Source: Minisyncoccota bacterium
Lineage (GTDB): Bacteria > Patescibacteriota > Minisyncoccia > Phycocordibacterales > UBA9973
Direction of reading: 5' to 3'
Length of the DNA: 64,000 nt
Assembly (NCBI GenBank): GCA_041650615.1
Contig: JBAZKU010000001.1
Location: 319,277-383,276, forward strand
Shown here: positions 31,034-42,969 of the stretch, piece by piece
Layout: each line of letters starts with the position of its first letter
Position numbering within the stretch: the first letter of the stretch is position 1
The notes under the pieces: generated by a model
The model's input: only the letters and a program-made list of their open reading frames with translations
Told to the model about the DNA's origin: nothing
Database searches by the model: none
Program-made: the position numbers and the translations under genes

Positions 31034-31429
31034 CTACTTTATTGCCACCTTACTCACCAGCAATTCCAAAAGATTTTTGACTTCTTCCTGCGCCTTGGTT
31101 TCAGTTTTGCTGTCAACAAATTTCTGCCACTGGTTAAAAATTTCTTCGTCGCCTAAATTCCTGACAGCGGTTTCCAGTTTTAATCTTGTGTCAAAACTAA
31201 CCTCGCTGTCCGCCTTCAAAACTTCGCCAATGAAAAGCTTGGTAAATTCCAAAACTTTTTCATTGGTTGTTTGAGTTTGTAAAGCGGCTTGGGTTTGGCG
31301 AAGTTCCCTGATAACTGAAAAATACTTGACGCCCAAAAAAATATTGGCGGCAAGCAGAATCAGAATAATGATTAAGGTTGTTTTTGGTTTGTTCACCCTG
31401 TTAGAAATTGAAGGTGTTTGTAATTCCAT
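31034..31429 (-). CDS. Small single-pass membrane protein, unknown function
   Basis: 131 aa, N-terminal TM (LIIILILLAANIFLGV) followed by predicted helical/charged region. Confidence 0.5.
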   Translation of the reverse strand: MELQTPSISNRVNKPKTTLIIILILLAANIFLGVKYFSVIRELRQTQAALQTQTTNEKVLEFTKLFIGEVLKADSEVSFDTRLKLETAVRNLGDEEIFNQWQKFVDSKTETKAQEEVKNLLELLVSKVAIK

Positions 31430-31475
31430 ATTGTTTGTTTATTTCCTTGTTAAAATTTGTAATTTCTAACGGGGT

Positions 31476-33557
31476 TCATAGATTTTTGGACCTCACTAAT
31501 CGCTCCCTAATTTTATCACGATAAAAGTTATAGAGCAATAAAATTATAATGACAGCTAATAAAATCGTTTTCCAATCAACGATGTTCAGCCACCAATACT
31601 TGGTCTTGAGTTCAATATTGACATGGACGCCGCTGCCTTCTTTGACTTGAAATGGCTTACCGTCATAAATGAGATACCCGGGGGTTTCTGCCTTAAGATA
31701 ATAGTAGCCCTCGGGAACCAAAAACGAATAAGTGCCCCTAACATCGGTGATTTGAGGATTCTCCTGTTGATACTCTTTGGCCGGCCACATTTCATATTGT
31801 TTGGTTTCGGGATTCAGCCAGTAGAGAGACACGATGGCACCAGGGATACGGGTTTCTTTGTCGCCGTTCCGCTCATAAATATACCCTTCGGGGTCAACCA
31901 CAGTGGTCAAGCGGATTTCTTTCATTCCGAGTTCTGGGTCGTCAAAATCCATAACCGTTATGATCTCGTACTCGCCGGCAACAACAGGCACATCGATTTC
32001 TGCCGTATAGATGCCATCACCGTCTGGATCGGTATATTCAAATTCCAGCAATACTAGTTTTTCTTCAACCCTAACGGGCTGATCCTGGGTCTTGGCAAAA
32101 GCGGGGTTGGCGAAGATCACGGACGCCAGTAAAGAATTCAACGGAACGTCCACAGAGGTCGCTTGGCTAGCTCTTGCCTTAAAAACCACATATCCCTTGA
32201 CGCTCTTAACGGGTTTATCAGGCTTCATTACTAACTGCAGTGGTTTGCCGGAAACAGTGGTGATCTTCTGTTGAGGTTTCCCTTTATCAGAAATGGAAAG
32301 ATCAATGTTAAAATCAATCAGTTCGCCGCCGGTTTTGGCAAAGACAATTTCTGTCGGTAATTGCTGTTTAATCGCCGGCGATAATTCAACCACTGGAACG
32401 CCTTGGGGAAGAGCAAACTTACCGGGTTCAACTTTAGCTATCGGCAAGCCGGCGCGTTCTGTCAGCCCGGGCAAAGTCAATTTGACCGTTTTCAGCTTAG
32501 CAACATCGGTAATCTTGCTGATGCCGACTTCTTCAAGAATTTTCTCAAGTTCTGGAAACTTTTGAGCAAGATTCCTGATCTCCTTGGGCAAGGGCGCCAA
32601 AACGAATTCTCTGATTGGTTCGCTTGGTAAGAGTTGCCATTTACCCTGAAAAGCTAAAGGTGTTTCTTTAGACACTAATTCTTCAATTGGAATTTCTGGC
32701 GGTTTGGTTTCTTCCTCTAATTTTGGCTTAAATATTTCTGGGATTTTTTTGATTATTCCCGGTATCTGCTCAATAATTAATTTCTCTAATTTTGTTTTTT
32801 CCTTTATTCCCAATTTCTCATTAATAAAATCAAAATCTTCCTGACTAAATAGAGAAGGATATTTTTCCATTATTTGAAGGGCATATTGATAATTACCCAT
32901 CTCAATAAGATTTGAAACTTGACTTTGAATTCCGCCGCCTCCGCTGCCTCCGCCGGAAGAACAACTTTGACTTAAGATCGGACTACCGCCGCTACAGCCG
33001 GAAGGAGATGCAGAAATAATAGCCCTAGTTTGCTGTCCTCCCGAACAGCTACTCCAATCGGAATACGTCCAAGAAGTGCAAACTCTCGCGCTTTGCGGTT
33101 GCCAATCGGTTTTAACTTTGTAATCCCCGTCAAAAATTATCCAGCCGATATTTTCACCCAAAGCCGAGCCGGTAAATTCGCCAGAAGAATTGATAATTAC
33201 TCCTCCATTGGTCGGATTAAATTTTATCCAACCAGTATTTTCTGACCAAGTATAGCCAGACAAATTTCCTTCGCCATCATTTGTAATGTCGCCCAGATAT
33301 ACCCAGCCAATATTTTCACTCAGGGCGTAACCAGACAATCCAGAATCCGTAACATGAACATCACAATTATCACAGCCAAAATTAAACCAGCCGATATTTT
33401 CTCCCCAAGCGTATTTGTAGCCTTCATTATTTGGGTCAATGGTGCCATCGGTAGACGAGGCCAAGGTGGACTTATTAAAAAATGCAAAAAATCCACTTAT
33501 GAGAAGCATTAAAAATAAAACATAAATTAAATTTTTGGTCGGTATCTTCTTATCCAT
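31476..33557 (-). CDS. Large cell-surface protein with N-terminal signal/TM, four GENIGW-type repeats, Cys/Gly-rich linker and C-terminal TM anchor
   Basis: Repeats YAWGENIGWFNFG / YALSENIGWVYLG / YTWSENTGWIKFN / SALGENIGWIIFDG; CSGGQQ...CSGGSP...CSSGGGSGGGG; C-terminal hydrophobic WKTILLAVIIILLLYNFY. Confidence 0.6.
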   Translation of the reverse strand: MDKKIPTKNLIYVLFLMLLISGFFAFFNKSTLASSTDGTIDPNNEGYKYAWGENIGWFNFGCDNCDVHVTDSGLSGYALSENIGWVYLGDITNDGEGNLSGYTWSENTGWIKFNPTNGGVIINSSGEFTGSALGENIGWIIFDGDYKVKTDWQPQSARVCTSWTYSDWSSCSGGQQTRAIISASPSGCSGGSPILSQSCSSGGGSGGGGIQSQVSNLIEMGNYQYALQIMEKYPSLFSQEDFDFINEKLGIKEKTKLEKLIIEQIPGIIKKIPEIFKPKLEEETKPPEIPIEELVSKETPLAFQGKWQLLPSEPIREFVLAPLPKEIRNLAQKFPELEKILEEVGISKITDVAKLKTVKLTLPGLTERAGLPIAKVEPGKFALPQGVPVVELSPAIKQQLPTEIVFAKTGGELIDFNIDLSISDKGKPQQKITTVSGKPLQLVMKPDKPVKSVKGYVVFKARASQATSVDVPLNSLLASVIFANPAFAKTQDQPVRVEEKLVLLEFEYTDPDGDGIYTAEIDVPVVAGEYEIITVMDFDDPELGMKEIRLTTVVDPEGYIYERNGDKETRIPGAIVSLYWLNPETKQYEMWPAKEYQQENPQITDVRGTYSFLVPEGYYYLKAETPGYLIYDGKPFQVKEGSGVHVNIELKTKYWWLNIVDWKTILLAVIIILLLYNFYRDKIRERLVRSKNL

Positions 33558-33695
33558 AAATGCCTATGAATAATTTTATCATAGAATCATTCTGTAACAA
33601 ACCGCAATCTAGCACGCGAACACAACACCTACCAGAAGTGTTACGTGCAGAGCAAAAATAACGTGTTCGGTTACTATTCCTTTCTTTTATGAAAG

Positions 33696-35432
33696 TTACG
33701 GGCGGAAGACGACACGGAACCCGGTGCTATACGTGACATTATTGCTATTGGAGTACGAGCAAGCGTGCCAACCGGCTACCCGTGCAGTACTGTTTAAGCG
33801 CAACTCTGAAAGCCATTCATAAGTATTTACATTGGCAGTAATAACATTGTCTGTTCGACCAATTTGATTACCATAATTTCCATAAGTTATTGAATTTGTG
33901 CCGTTGCCACAAACACCGAAGAAATCGTTAAAAGTTGGCAAGCGTGTCCCTTTCCACTCTAACAACACTTTCGGGGTTAGAGGTCCGTTGTAACAAGTTT
34001 CATAATCTGTCCCGTCGCAAGTTGCGTCTGGTGCGGTATATCCAAAGGCCTCTACCGCTGCACTAGTTAAAAGATTGCGGATACCATCTTTGCAATCAGC
34101 AATCGCCAGAGCGACACTAGCATCATTTCCATAGTCACTGCGTTCTACGACTGTCCCGCTTAAAGAGGTATTAAGCGTTCCCACGCCATCACCGTCAGTA
34201 TCGCCAGAGCATCCGTAATTGCCAAGGAAAGTATTGTCGTTCGCGGTCGCATTATTCCAGAATTTTGTACCAGCTGGGTCGCGACCATTAGTCCCGCTGT
34301 CAGTTTGAACACAAATAGGATCGTCGCTAGTCCCGTCGTAATTACTATCTGCTATCCATGCCCAGCCAGCGGTTGTGCAAACAGATTGATTTAATCCAGA
34401 AATACCAGAAGGAGTATTGGGGTAGGGAGAAAGAGTCCCTGTAGAATCAACACCGAACGCTGTCCCATAACGAACATTGTTTATACTAAGGTTCGTGGCA
34501 TTAAAAGTGCCTCCGCCTGATCCGTCGCCCTCATTGCCGGCCGTAGTTAATACTTGCGCAGGATCATCATTATCACCATAAAGCCACCCCGCAACCAAAT
34601 TACCGATAATTCCAAATATATTAACATCATTTGCAATGTTCTCCGCAACCAAATCAGGGTCCCCAGTCAAAGTGCCTGCCCCCCAATAACCAGCGACGAC
34701 TTCCTGATCCGTTGAACTGGCAGTTAAATTAAAATCGCCGTTGTTAGTCATTGTGCCAGTAGCAGTGGCACCGTTAATCCATACTATTTTGCCAGATAAT
34801 ACATCCGCAACCGTTATATCGTCAGCATCTGTTATACACCATCTATTAGTTCCATCCCCGTCACCATCATAAGTATTAGAAACCAAATTCCCCGTACCAT
34901 CAAAAGTCGCGGTATTGCAAGCAAGATTAAGAGTTCCAGCGTCTAATGTCCAATCGCCCGTTAAATTAGCGGTTTTGCCATTGAATAAATCAGCTACAAC
35001 TGCTGTGCCCTCGCCTTCAGGAGTTAATGTGCCGGTTACTCCAAGATAAGTCGTGTCTTTTTTAACTTGATCAGAGGAAATCAAACCAGCCAAAGTATTG
35101 TAAATCTCTGTTAGGGTATGCCCCGTACCTGCCAATGCATCGGAGAAAGTAAAATCATGGTCTCCTTCATCGCCCGGATCAGTGTTATTAATTATAAAGT
35201 TATAAATCTCAGAAAGCGTATAAAATTTGCCGGACGGTTCACCCGCACCGCTTGGCGGAGTAATTGTGCCAGCATGAACAACTCCGTAAATTACCAAAAC
35301 AGAAATTAAAACAGTAAGCCCGCCTTTGACAGCGTTGAAAAATCGCGGGCTTTTATTCGGGCTCTTGATATTAAAATTTTTTGATTCGCTAGTGGAAACA
35401 TTATGGATTACCCATTGATCTTTTTTTCTCAT
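33696..35432 (-). CDS. Secreted/surface Gly-Thr-Asp-rich protein with N-terminal signal anchor
   Basis: 578 aa; TM LTVLISVLVIYGVV then low-complexity G/T/D/N-rich sequence with scattered Cys pairs; no recognisable catalytic motif. Confidence 0.5.
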   Translation of the reverse strand: MRKKDQWVIHNVSTSESKNFNIKSPNKSPRFFNAVKGGLTVLISVLVIYGVVHAGTITPPSGAGEPSGKFYTLSEIYNFIINNTDPGDEGDHDFTFSDALAGTGHTLTEIYNTLAGLISSDQVKKDTTYLGVTGTLTPEGEGTAVVADLFNGKTANLTGDWTLDAGTLNLACNTATFDGTGNLVSNTYDGDGDGTNRWCITDADDITVADVLSGKIVWINGATATGTMTNNGDFNLTASSTDQEVVAGYWGAGTLTGDPDLVAENIANDVNIFGIIGNLVAGWLYGDNDDPAQVLTTAGNEGDGSGGGTFNATNLSINNVRYGTAFGVDSTGTLSPYPNTPSGISGLNQSVCTTAGWAWIADSNYDGTSDDPICVQTDSGTNGRDPAGTKFWNNATANDNTFLGNYGCSGDTDGDGVGTLNTSLSGTVVERSDYGNDASVALAIADCKDGIRNLLTSAAVEAFGYTAPDATCDGTDYETCYNGPLTPKVLLEWKGTRLPTFNDFFGVCGNGTNSITYGNYGNQIGRTDNVITANVNTYEWLSELRLNSTARVAGWHACSYSNSNNVTYSTGFRVVFRP

Positions 35433-35582
35433 ATTTTTTACCCTTTAATTTTGCCACAAATTAATCGGATTAGTTTTTGAACTTGGGCTTCAAATCAAGT
35501 TGACTATTTACTCGACCTTATCGTTAATATTATAACACAATTCCAACACATCCGCATTTTCAAATCGCGAAGTTACTATCTG

Positions 35583-35667
35583 CGGAGGCGGAGAGATTCG
35601 AACTCTCGGTGGATTGCTCCACATACGCTTTCCAAGCGTACGCACTAGACCGCTATGCGACGCCTCC
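35583..35667 (-). tRNA. tRNA-Ser (anticodon GGA), type II with long variable arm
   Basis: Minus-strand read: acceptor GGAGGCG/CGCCTCC, D-stem GCA/TGC, anticodon stem TACGC/GCGTA with loop TTGGAAA (GGA), 16-nt variable arm, T-arm GAGAG-TTCGAAT-CTCTC, discriminator G; CCA not encoded. Confidence 0.85.
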
Positions 35668-35682
35668 GTATTTTAAATTATA

Positions 35683-36216
35683 CTAAACTTTTACCCCTAA
35701 AGGATAAGTACTTTCTTTAAGTGTAAAAATTTGTGAAGACGCAAGCCATTTGTTTAGGAATGGACTTAAGGTAAGCGCAAAACCGATGTTCCCTGCCAAG
35801 TGAAGCGCAGTAAAGGGAATTTGCATAATGAGAGTGTTCAACATACTCTGCCCAAACATCGGAGCAAATAAGACTCCGGTTACTAGGTCATAAATTATGG
35901 TTGCAAAAAAAGAAAACATAGCAAAATTTAAAACTGATGCTTGAAATTTTTTGAAATAGAAAAAAGAAGCCATTCCGATAAGCCCATAAGTAATGGCTGT
36001 AATCCAAGTCCAGGCCCCAAAATGAGTTAGGGTATCATATATAACAATACTCAGAAAACCGAAAAGAAAGCCAAGGATAGCCCCATATTTGCGTCCTAGG
36101 GGCATAATAGAAGCCATTATCGGTTCCACATTGGGCGCTCTTAAGGGAATTAACCTAAACAATAAGCACCCAACAAACACTATAAAAATTTTAAATTTAC
36201 TTCTCATGAACCCCAA
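35683..36216 (-). CDS. Polytopic membrane protein (possibly ECF-transporter S-component-like), unknown substrate
   Basis: 177 aa, 5-6 hydrophobic helices; weak family assignment only. Confidence 0.45.
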   Translation of the reverse strand: MGFMRSKFKIFIVFVGCLLFRLIPLRAPNVEPIMASIMPLGRKYGAILGFLFGFLSIVIYDTLTHFGAWTWITAITYGLIGMASFFYFKKFQASVLNFAMFSFFATIIYDLVTGVLFAPMFGQSMLNTLIMQIPFTALHLAGNIGFALTLSPFLNKWLASSQIFTLKESTYPLGVKV

Positions 36217-36328
36217 TTATAAACTAATAAAATAAGAAATCAATTTTTATAATGCACACATAAAATTCTGCTGAATTTTTGCTCTGCTCGGCTCGTCAGC
36301 CTGCGCAAGGCATTCTAAAAATTATTTC

Positions 36329-38950
<2,622 letters not shown>

Positions 38951-38963
<13 letters not shown>

Positions 38964-39544
38964 TTAAATAAATTTTCTGAAAAAACAATGCTATAAGATC
39001 CGGATCCCTGAGTCCATGAAACAGTTGAAGAAATCTTTATTTCATTTGCGCTTACTGTGGTTGCTTGTATCGTACGAGTAAAACCAGAATAAACACCGCT
39101 TGAATTAGTATTATAGTTTCCGTTATTTACATATAATTTGCATTGATTAATGTGTGTAGAACACAGAAAGATAGAAGCTGGGTTAGTCAAAGAAACCGAA
39201 GTGTCAAAACCGCAGCTGTTACCGGCACTACATGGAGATAATTTGGCTATAAAAGAATTCCAGGTAAGCGAAGTGGTGCCTGTGTATAAAACATAACTGT
39301 CCCGCATATTCCTAACATATTCAATGCCCTCCTGTGCCAAATACGAAGCTATTATTTTTGTTTTGGCATAGTTTGTATTGGAAATTCCACTGCCTAAAAT
39401 AGTCATTAAAGCTACAATGGATACAGAAAAAATTGAAATAGCAACAAGTGTTTCAACTAAAGTAAAACCGCCCCCCTTTGGGGTCACACCAAATTTTGGT
39501 GTGCGGGTAAACCCTTTATTGTTTTGTTTAAAATACTTTTTCAT
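38951..39544 (-). CDS. Pseudopilin (prepilin-type N-terminal cleavage/methylation domain) with palindromic insert in leader
   Basis: KGF-TRTPKFGVTPKGGGF-TLVETLVAISIF: canonical GFTLVE preceded by a 15-aa duplication-like insert encoded by a palindrome. Confidence 0.7.
39462..39514. mobile_element. In-frame palindromic insert at the G-F-T codons of pseudopilin 38951..39544 with flanking GTAAAACC/GTAAACCC direct repeats
   Basis: Palindrome CACACCAAA-T-TTTGGTGTG (39485-39503); repeats at 39462-69 and 39507-14 (mRNA sense GGGTTTAC / GGTTTTAC). Confidence 0.55.
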
Positions 39545-39550
39545 ATTATT

Positions 39551-40195
39551 TTAAAGCACAACATCTACTGTTCGTTGCGATATTGAAGTTTGTAGTGAAA
39601 AAGGCGTAACAACGTTTTTATAAGTTATGGTTCCGATTAATCTGATTATTATAAACGGTTGCCGCGTATCGCCCAACGGAGGTTCAGCCCCAACTACCGA
39701 AAAGCTGGAAACTAGGTCAATTTTGATTTCGGGAGGGGTAAGCACTGTAAAAGTTCCAGAAGCTCCGCCAGAAACAGATTTTTGAATACTGCCGTCAGAG
39801 AGTATTACATATACCCATTGGTCTCCAAGAGTAGTTTTGAAAGAAATTCCTGCTCCAGTAGCGCAACTATGGGGATTGGAAGCGGTAACATCACCATCAT
39901 CTATGCAGTGATAATCATATCCTGTTCGTAAATTTTTTGACATATCTTCCATAATAAAACTTAAATTATCTATAATGGAACGCATGTTTTGAGATTTCGC
40001 GTGAAGCAAACTGGCATTCAAGAGAGTGCCTACTCCAATCATAATAACTATCAAAAAAAGAGAAATAGCTATCATGGTTTCTATTATGGTAAACCCACAC
40101 ACTAACTTTTTTTTACTTTTAAAAGTTAGTGTGTGGGTAAACCCCCTACTTTTAGTATTAACTTTTTTAAAAAATTTTCTCATATTTTTTTTCAT
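39551..40195 (-). CDS. Pseudopilin with palindromic insert in leader
   Basis: RGF-THTLTFKSKKKLVCGF-TIIETMIAISLF: GFTIIE motif preceded by 16-aa insert. Confidence 0.7.
   Translation of the reverse strand: MKKNMRKFFKKVNTKSRGFTHTLTFKSKKKLVCGFTIIETMIAISLFLIVIMIGVGTLLNASLLHAKSQNMRSIIDNLSFIMEDMSKNLRTGYDYHCIDDGDVTASNPHSCATGAGISFKTTLGDQWVYVILSDGSIQKSVSGGASGTFTVLTPPEIKIDLVSSFSVVGAEPPLGDTRQPFIIIRLIGTITYKNVVTPFSLQTSISQRTVDVVL
40088..40144. mobile_element. In-frame palindromic insert (48 bp incl. one repeat copy) at the G-F-T codons of pseudopilin 39551..40195, flanked by 9-bp direct repeat GGTAAACCC
   Basis: Perfect 17-bp inverted repeat CCCACACACTAACTTTT / AAAAGTTAGTGTGTGGG with 10-nt spacer; direct repeats 40088-96 and 40136-44. 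Confidence 0.6.
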
Positions 40196-40231
40196 ACCTG
40201 TCCCGTACTGAGCTTCGCTCTAGTATTGGGG

Positions 40232-40855
40232 CTAATTTATCTGAATTCTTCCCGAAGGATATACTCGGATATATGCTTTTATTAATGAAGGGGAAGAAAT
40301 AGTAATTTGCATATAATCAAAACCGACCAATAGTGAACCATTGGATTTAAAAACTGCGCCGGAATCTGGTCTCTTGAAAGTGATAGATATTGGATTTGTA
40401 ATCAAATAAGGAATGGAGCTTGCATAACCTTCTATCTGCGATATGTAATTCCCTTTTGTTATACTTATACTATTTAAACATTCTCCGACACAAGCAGAAT
40501 CTTCAAAAGAATTATCATTATTGAGGTCCGTAAAATAAATAAAATTTTTATTACTGGAAGGATTAAAATAAACCCCATAGGCCGGTTTCCATGGATCTAC
40601 TGTGGGAAGTTTGCCGGATGGAAGCAACTCGCCGGACAAAGCTGATTTTTGCGCCTCAACAATCCTTAAGGCAATATCATTAGCTAACACTCTTATATCC
40701 ACTTTCTCTTCAAACTTATCATAATTAAAAAGAACAATGGAAGTCATTATGGAAAAAATACTTAGAACCACTATGAGTTCCACGTAAGTCATGCCTGCTT
40801 GCCGGCAGATAAACTTTTGTTTTTTTTTGTTTATATTTTTATATAATTGAAACAT
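40232..40855 (-). CDS. Pseudopilin (GMTYVEL prepilin motif), no insert
   Basis: QAGMTYVELIVVLSIFSIMTSIVLF N-terminal class III signal peptide-like helix. Confidence 0.65.
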   Translation of the reverse strand: MFQLYKNINKKKQKFICRQAGMTYVELIVVLSIFSIMTSIVLFNYDKFEEKVDIRVLANDIALRIVEAQKSALSGELLPSGKLPTVDPWKPAYGVYFNPSSNKNFIYFTDLNNDNSFEDSACVGECLNSISITKGNYISQIEGYASSIPYLITNPISITFKRPDSGAVFKSNGSLLVGFDYMQITISSPSLIKAYIRVYPSGRIQIN

Positions 40856-40861
40856 TTTTTA

Positions 40862-41653
40862 TTAGAAACCAGTCGGGAAAAGATGCAATTCAAAAAGAAA
40901 TGCAATCAATACACCAAGAACTAAAAATGGAGCAAATGAAATTTCACTTTTCATTCCATACTTTTTTGAAAAAACGATAAGGAGAAATCCTATTATCGCC
41001 CCCGACCAAAAAGCCATTACTGCACCTGAAAGAATTCTATTAAATCCGAGGAGCCATCCCAACCCTAAAGCTAATTTAGCATCCCCAAGACCCATCCAAG
41101 TGCCGGAAGACACAAGCCAAATAAGCGCAAAGGGCAGAGCTAATAGTATCCCCGACAAAAATTCTAAAATGGATGGAAGATGAATATAAAATCCATATTC
41201 CGTAAAGAAAAACAGTCCAATAAAAGCTACAATACCAAAAATAAGAGATAAGATGTCAGGAATTACTTTATGTTTGAAATCATAAACCGCAATAACCAAG
41301 AGAAGAGAAAACATCACGGCATAATAGGCGTAAGAAACGGAAAACACAAGCGTGTTTATGAAAAAAACATCTTGAAACTTTAAAAATAACCCCGCAAAAA
41401 TCAATCCTGATATAAGTTCCACTATCGGATATTGAATAGAGATTTTGGTTTTGCAATTTTTGCATCTTCCTCTTAGGGCAAAAAAACTAATTAGAGGAAT
41501 AAGTTCATACCAACAAAGTTTGTTTTGGCAAGTCATACATCCGCTTCTTCCACCGAAAGAGCGTGCTGTATTAAATCTGAATATGACAACATTTAAAAAA
41601 CTTCCGATAATAAGACCAAAAATAAAGAAAACAATTGTTAGAAAAAAAGTCAT
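40862..41653 (-). CDS. pilD: Prepilin peptidase PilD (A24 family aspartic peptidase/N-methyltransferase)
   Basis: N-terminal TM + Zn-binding CxxC...CxxC (CMTCQNKL...CKNCKTKI), polytopic body with conserved Asp-containing helices. Confidence 0.9.
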   Translation of the reverse strand: MTFFLTIVFFIFGLIIGSFLNVVIFRFNTARSFGGRSGCMTCQNKLCWYELIPLISFFALRGRCKNCKTKISIQYPIVELISGLIFAGLFLKFQDVFFINTLVFSVSYAYYAVMFSLLLVIAVYDFKHKVIPDILSLIFGIVAFIGLFFFTEYGFYIHLPSILEFLSGILLALPFALIWLVSSGTWMGLGDAKLALGLGWLLGFNRILSGAVMAFWSGAIIGFLLIVFSKKYGMKSEISFAPFLVLGVLIAFLFELHLFPTGF

Positions 41654-41656
41654 ATT

Positions 41657-42160
41657 TTATGGACAAGCATAGCTAGAACCCGCCAAAACAGCAGTAACCT
41701 GTTTTGAAGCCCCAGTGGAATCAACGCACCAAGCGACAATAGAACCAGAAGCAGAAGCCTTGAGCGGAACAAAGGCTGCCCAAGCACTTGCGTTATCGTG
41801 ACATTGCGCAGTATTCCATGTGCTTGCTGTAGCATCTGCGTATGTTGTAACGCTTCCGTCATAAGTATTTTCAGCGGCATTTACCATAGTGCCAATAACA
41901 TTAGAACCTGAAGTAGCACAAACTCCTTCATATGTTCCAGTAGCACTATTGAGGTAAAAAACCTCTGCTTGTGCGCGGGCATTGGCTAAATTGGATTTTA
42001 TATTCGCATCAGAACCTTTTGACCTGGCACTGTTGAGTGAAGCTAAAACCACACTTGCCAAAATACCGATTATGGCAACTACGACCAAAAGTTCAATTAA
42101 TGTAAAACCGGACACTTTACTTGAAAGCGTGTGGTTAAAACCTTTTTTAAATAAATTCAT
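41657..42160 (-). CDS. Type IV pilin paralog 2 with 11-codon palindromic insert splitting the GFTLIE motif (likely start MNLFKKGF...; track ORF extends to 42211)
   Basis: MNLFKKGF-NHTLSSKVSGF-TLIELLVVVAIIGILASVVLASLNSAR...; first 8 and following 30+ residues identical to neighbouring pilin 42283..42771 except for the insert. Confidence 0.8.
   Translation of the reverse strand: MNLFKKGFNHTLSSKVSGFTLIELLVVVAIIGILASVVLASLNSARSKGSDANIKSNLANARAQAEVFYLNSATGTYEGVCATSGSNVIGTMVNAAENTYDGSVTTYADATASTWNTAQCHDNASAWAAFVPLKASASGSIVAWCVDSTGASKQVTAVLAGSSYACP
42103..42142. mobile_element. 33-bp in-frame insert in pilin paralog 2, flanked by 7-bp direct repeat TAAAACC (mRNA sense GGTTTTA)
   Basis: Plus strand TAAAACC-GGACACTTTACTTGAAAGCGTGTGGT-TAAAACC; insert has imperfect inverted ends ACACGCTTT/AAAGTGT; the uninterrupted paralog has a single GGTTTTACA at the same place. 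Confidence 0.65.
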
Positions 42161-42229
42161 AATAAAAAACATGGTTAAACTAATAAAAAGACCTTTAAAT
42201 CTATTAATCAATTATATCAAATATAAAAA

Positions 42230-42260
42230 ACAAAAACCACCCGAAAAAGGTGGTTTTTGT
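42230..42260. terminator. Bidirectional Rho-independent terminator after the major pilin gene
   Basis: aaaaaACCACCcgaaaaaGGTGGTttttt; perfect stem flanked by A and T runs. Confidence 0.6.
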
Positions 42261-42282
42261 TAATAAAAATCAAATTAATAAA

Positions 42283-42771
42283 TTATGGACATGCATAAAC
42301 TCCAGATCCGAGAGATGTTGATTCTTTAGAGGCACCAGTAGAATCCACACACCAGCCCGAACTCGTAGTAGAACCTTTTAATGATACTATGGCTGCCCAA
42401 GCAGTCCCGCTGTCATGACACACTGCAGCAGTTGTAGCCCCTGCAGCGGGGGAAGCGTTATAAACCCAAATGGTTGAGGCAGGAGTTACAGTTGGAGTAC
42501 TAGCAGAATTAAGCTTTTGGGTAGCATTTAAGATTAAAGGATAAACACCGCCTGTAGTAGCAGACTGACATACGTTAGTATATGTCTGTCCTGAGTCATA
42601 GAACAACTCAGCCTGTGCACGAGCATTAGCCATTGCAGATTTTATAGCTGCATCTGTGCCTTTGGTTCTAGCACTGTTCAAGCTAGCTAACACAACGGAA
42701 GCCAAAATACCGATTATGGCAACTACGACCAAAAGTTCAATTAATGTAAAACCTTTTTTAAATAAATTCAT
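42283..42771 (-). CDS. Type IV major pilin (PilA-like), canonical MNLFKKGFTLIELLVVVAIIGILA
   Basis: Class III signal peptide with G-F-T-L-I-E, Cys pair near C-terminus; own promoter region and terminator (monocistronic). Confidence 0.85.
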   Translation of the reverse strand: MNLFKKGFTLIELLVVVAIIGILASVVLASLNSARTKGTDAAIKSAMANARAQAELFYDSGQTYTNVCQSATTGGVYPLILNATQKLNSASTPTVTPASTIWVYNASPAAGATTAAVCHDSGTAWAAIVSLKGSTTSSGWCVDSTGASKESTSLGSGVYACP

Positions 42772-42808
42772 AATTTTTTTTACTAATAATATTTCAGCCC
42801 TAGGCTGA

Positions 42809-42855
42809 TCCGCCTTTAGCGGAAACTAATAATTTTTTCTCCGCCTCTAGCGGAA
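42809..42855. promoter_or_regulatory. Two direct-repeat boxes TCCGCCT(T/C)TAGCGGAA, 31 bp apart, upstream of the major pilin gene
   Basis: 42809-42824 and 42840-42855; only GC-rich motifs in an AT-rich promoter region, ~40-85 nt upstream of the pilin start; candidate transcription-factor sites. Confidence 0.35.
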
Positions 42856-42969
42856 TTTTCGACTTATTCTCAATATCCTACTGTATTATAACTTTTATAA
42901 TCCCATATATGCAAAAAAGTTATCCACATATACAAAACAGGTTTTAAGAGCTAGTTACTTCCCTAATTT

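Noticed and set aside
42772-42969. Sigma-54 (GG-N10-GC) promoter upstream of the major pilin
   Set aside because: No TGGCAC-N5-TTGC-like element visible; only the two GC-rich direct-repeat boxes and weak -10-like sequences.
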